NCBI GenBank assembly: GCA_038245905.1
Contig: JBBRRY010000001.1
Location: forward strand, 256,001-320,000
Source of the DNA: Thermoanaerobaculia bacterium
Lineage (GTDB): Bacteria > Acidobacteriota > Thermoanaerobaculia > UBA5066
Reading direction: 5' to 3'
Length of the DNA: 64,000 bases
Both the position numbers and the translations under genes were made by a program. Positions within the stretch are counted from its first letter, which is position 1; every line of letters starts with the position of its first letter. Below, piece after piece: positions 60,936 through 64,000 of this stretch. Under the pieces are notes generated by a model. It was not told where the DNA came from, ran no database searches, and was given only the letters and a program-made list of their open reading frames with translations.

Positions 60936-63319
60936 CGCGCGTACGGCAGGTTCATCTTCCGGAGTAGGTCCTGGAAGCGCGGGTCGCTCCGGAACACGTC
61001 GAAAAGCGGGTCGACTCCCATCCCGTCGATGATCCAGGCCCGGTCGTTCCACGACTGCTCGAGCCAGGCCCAGGCCGTCGCCTTCTCTCCGAGGCCCGCG
61101 TAGACGAGCGCGATCTGGGTGGGTGGAAGGAAAGCGGACTTGCGCTTCTCGAGAAGCTTGTTCAGGACCTTCCGCGCCTCGTCCTTCCGGCCCGCGAGGC
61201 CGTATGTGAGGCCAACCGCGAAATTCGAGCCGGGATCCGGCACCTTGCGGGAAAGGAAGACCTCGATCGCCGCGTCATAGAGCTTGAGGCCCGTGAGGGC
61301 ATTCGCAAGCTGGAACTTCGCGAAGACCGACTCGGGGTGGATTCCGAGCACTTTGTGGTACTGCTGGACGGCTTCCTCGAACCGCCGGGCGTAGGTGAGG
61401 CGCATCCCGCAGAAGACGCCTATTTCCTCCGAGAGCGGGTCGAGCTGTTCGGCCGTGCGACTCTCGCGAATTGCCTCCTCGTGCCGCCCGAGAGTGGACG
61501 CGAGATAGGCGGCCTCGTTGTGGACGTTGGCCGAGCCCGGCGAGAGCTCCAGCGCCCGCCGGATGTCCCTCTCGGCCCCCACCCAGTCGAAGTCGCAGGA
61601 GCGCCTGAGGCTCGCGAGGAGAGAGAAGGCCTCGCCGTTGGCGGGATCGAGTTCGGTCGCCTTTTCGACCTCGGTGCGCGTCTCCGAGCACGATTCCGAC
61701 ATCGGCCGATAGCCGGCGGAGCCGCCCCAGCGAAGCGCGATCGCGAGGCGAAGATGCGCGAGGGCAAACTTGGGATCGGCCTCGATCGCCTTCCGGTACA
61801 GTTCCGTCGCCTTCTCGATTCCCGCCCGTTGCGTGAGGGACTGATTCATCGCGTACGTCCCGAGAAGGACGAGCCGGTGCGCTTCTGGGTCCACGGACCT
61901 ACCGACCTTCAGGCGGTCCCGCTCCTCCGGGCTCACGGCGACACGGACCGCGCGCGCGATGGCGGATGCGACCTCACTCTGGAGGGACAGGACGTTGCGG
62001 TCTTCGCGCGTGTAGCTCTCGGTCCAGAGGTGCCGGTCGGAGCTTCCGTCGATGAGCTGGACCGTGATCCGGACCGACTTCCCGTCGCGCATGACGGAGC
62101 CCTCGACGACGCCTTTCACACCGAGCGCCTTCGCGATCTCGGGGAGGGACTGCGTCGTGTTCTTGTACCGCATGACGGACGTCCGCGAGATGACCTTGAG
62201 GGCCTTTAGCCGCGAAAGCTCGGCGATTACAGCCTCCGTCATCCCGTCCGCGAAGTACTCCTGTTCGGGGTCCTTCGAGAGGTTCGCAAGGGGCAGGACC
62301 GCGATCGAGTCGATGCGCCTCGGCGCGAAGAGCGCCGCGATGCGCCCACGAAGGCCGCCGAGGTCCGCCGCGACGGCGAGCGCGAGGATTGCCGCGAGGC
62401 CGAGGCCGGCGCCTGCGATCAGCCGGCGATTTCCGCCCGGCGCCGTCCGGACCTCCGGGATCGCCGCCTTCGGCGACGTCCGCAGCGTCTCGAGATCCGC
62501 CTTCAGATGCGCGGCGCCGGCGTAACGGTCTTCCGGGTACTTCCGCAGGCAGTTGCGGATGACGGCCTCGAGCCCTTTCGAGAGGCTGCCGTCCGTGGGC
62601 AGCTGCGGCTCGCCGTTCAGGATCGCGTCCATGAGGCGCGCGGCGACGGGTCCGTCGAACGGCCGCTTCCCCGTGGACATCTCGCACAGGACCACGCCCG
62701 CGGCCCAGATGTCCGTCCGCGCGTCGACGGGATCGGCCCGAAGCTGCTCCGGAGCCATGTAGGGCAACGTGCCCACGACTTCGCGGACGGTGGCGGTGAG
62801 CGTCTCGAGGACGGCCTCCGCGTCCGCCTCCGGCGCGTGGCGCAGCTTCGCGATCCCGAAATCGAGGATTCGGAGGTCGCCGCCCGGAGGGAGCTTGACG
62901 TTCGCGGGCTTGAGGTCGCAATGCACGACGCCCTCGGCGTGCGCCGCGGCAAGGCCGTCCGCGAGCTGAATCCCGAGCCGCGCGGCCTCGGCCTCCGGAA
63001 GCGGGCCCTCCCTGAGCCGCTCGGCGAGAGTCGGCCCCTCGACGAGCTCCATGACGAGCGCCTCGGTCCCCGAGACCGCGAGGACGTCGTAGAGGTGCGC
63101 GATGTTCCGGTGCTTGAGCTTCGCGAGGACGACCGCTTCCTTGTGGACGCGGGCCCGGGCCGATTCGTCCGCGAGGAGCGCCGCCGAGAGCACCTTGATC
63201 GCGACGTCGCGCTCGAGGCGCGTGTCGCGGGCGCGGAACACCTGTCCCATGCCGCCCGTCCCGAGCGTGCCGACGATTTCGTACGGCCCCAGCCGGAATC
63301 CAGGCCCCAGATCCGTCAC
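60932..63319 (-). CDS. Ser/Thr kinase with TM helix, TolB-like domain and TPR repeats
   Basis: GTGGMG, VAIK, HCDLKPAN, DFG, APE; SIAVLPLANLS..QEYFADGMTE; TPRs. Confidence 0.92.
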   Translation of the reverse strand: MTDLGPGFRLGPYEIVGTLGTGGMGQVFRARDTRLERDVAIKVLSAALLADESARARVHKEAVVLAKLKHRNIAHLYDVLAVSGTEALVMELVEGPTLAERLREGPLPEAEAARLGIQLADGLAAAHAEGVVHCDLKPANVKLPPGGDLRILDFGIAKLRHAPEADAEAVLETLTATVREVVGTLPYMAPEQLRADPVDARTDIWAAGVVLCEMSTGKRPFDGPVAARLMDAILNGEPQLPTDGSLSKGLEAVIRNCLRKYPEDRYAGAAHLKADLETLRTSPKAAIPEVRTAPGGNRRLIAGAGLGLAAILALAVAADLGGLRGRIAALFAPRRIDSIAVLPLANLSKDPEQEYFADGMTEAVIAELSRLKALKVISRTSVMRYKNTTQSLPEIAKALGVKGVVEGSVMRDGKSVRITVQLIDGSSDRHLWTESYTREDRNVLSLQSEVASAIARAVRVAVSPEERDRLKVGRSVDPEAHRLVLLGTYAMNQSLTQRAGIEKATELYRKAIEADPKFALAHLRLAIALRWGGSAGYRPMSESCSETRTEVEKATELDPANGEAFSLLASLRRSCDFDWVGAERDIRRALELSPGSANVHNEAAYLASTLGRHEEAIRESRTAEQLDPLSEEIGVFCGMRLTYARRFEEAVQQYHKVLGIHPESVFAKFQLANALTGLKLYDAAIEVFLSRKVPDPGSNFAVGLTYGLAGRKDEARKVLNKLLEKRKSAFLPPTQIALVYAGLGEKATAWAWLEQSWNDRAWIIDGMGVDPLFDVFRSDPRFQDLLRKMNLPYAR

Positions 63320-63374
63320 GCGCTCGTTGTCCTCCGCGATTGCGTCCCAGTATAGGACGCGCCGTCCGCGCCCC

Positions 63375-64000
63375 TCAGCGCATCCGCACGTCTTCGAGGT
63401 CCAGCTCGTGCTGCAGGCGGTGGAGGACGTCGTCGCCGATCACTTCCTCTTTCCAGAGCCTGAGAAGCTCCTTCCGCTGAACGTCGAGCGTCTCCTTCCG
63501 AAGGGCGTTCGAAGTGCGGGCCGTGGCAAGACCGCGGTTCGACGCCTCCCCGTCCAGGCCCTTGAGGGCCCGGACCCTCTGGACGTACTCGTTCTGGACC
63601 GGATGGACCTGATGCGCATGCAGGACGCCGTCGTCGAGCTTTCCGTCGAGATGGCCGATCGCCGCCTCCGCGAGCGCGAGCCGGGCGTGCCGTTCCTCGC
63701 GCTCGGCCGACCGGTCTTCCTCCACGCGCAGCCACCGGATGAGAGGCGGCAGCGTGAGGCCCTGGATGACGAGCGTGCCGAGAATCAGCGAGAACGTGAT
63801 GAAGATGAGGAAATTGCGAGCCGGGAACGGCTGCCCGGATGCCAGGGTCAGCGGCAGGGAGAGCGCGGCCGCCAGCGAGACGACGCCGCGCATCCCGGCC
63901 CAGCCGACGATCGTCACGGACTGCCAAGGTGGATAGGGATGGGTCGCCCGGAACTTAGGCGAGAGAAGGCGCGGCAGGTACGCGCCCGGAAACATCCAGA
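63375..64000 (-). CDS. CPA1 Na+/H+ antiporter (YjcE/NhaK-like), C-terminal part only
   Basis: WAGMRGVVSLAAALSLP, TLVIQGLTLPPLIR, ELDLED. Confidence 0.9.
   Translation of the reverse strand, partial: WMFPGAYLPRLLSPKFRATHPYPPWQSVTIVGWAGMRGVVSLAAALSLPLTLASGQPFPARNFLIFITFSLILGTLVIQGLTLPPLIRWLRVEEDRSAEREERHARLALAEAAIGHLDGKLDDGVLHAHQVHPVQNEYVQRVRALKGLDGEASNRGLATARTSNALRKETLDVQRKELLRLWKEEVIGDDVLHRLQHELDLEDVRMR

Overview
High-GC (roughly 68% by eye), gene-dense bacterial chromosomal DNA with about 50 CDS. The gene content (Hanks kinases with TPR/PEGA, CRTAC1, wHTH-FHA, multiheme-TPR) suggests Acidobacteriota, possibly Thermoanaerobaculia; this is inference. Recognisable genes: hbd/thiolase, prfB with a +1 frameshift, lnt, lipA, nfeD-stomatin, cydAB, hom, M1 and M16 peptidases, an RHH-MazF toxin-antitoxin pair, amrS-amrB, a complete Rrf2-sufBCDSUT operon, addBA, a pentaheme-TPR membrane protein, CRTAC1 and a partial CPA1 antiporter. 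I saw no rRNA, tRNA, CRISPR array, transposase or integrase. Main discoveries: (1) an AT-rich DNA motif of about 15 bp (approximately CCWTTCDAAGAAR(A)TC, core TTC-N3-GAA) occurring about 19 times, overprinted on conserved genes in all six reading frames, mostly in clusters that are always divergently oriented and surrounded by atypical codon usage; (2) a probable bacterial ceramide/sphingolipid locus (SDR reductase, spt, GNAT ceramide synthase) split by a 5-kb cydAB block and facing an Aur1/IPC-synthase-like PAP2 gene next to nfeD-stomatin; (3) widespread leaderless gene architecture (TANNNT-6 nt-start codon); (4) a prfB frameshift site lacking its internal Shine-Dalgarno and a MazF with a substituted conserved Glu. 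All assignments come from reading motifs by eye, without database searches.
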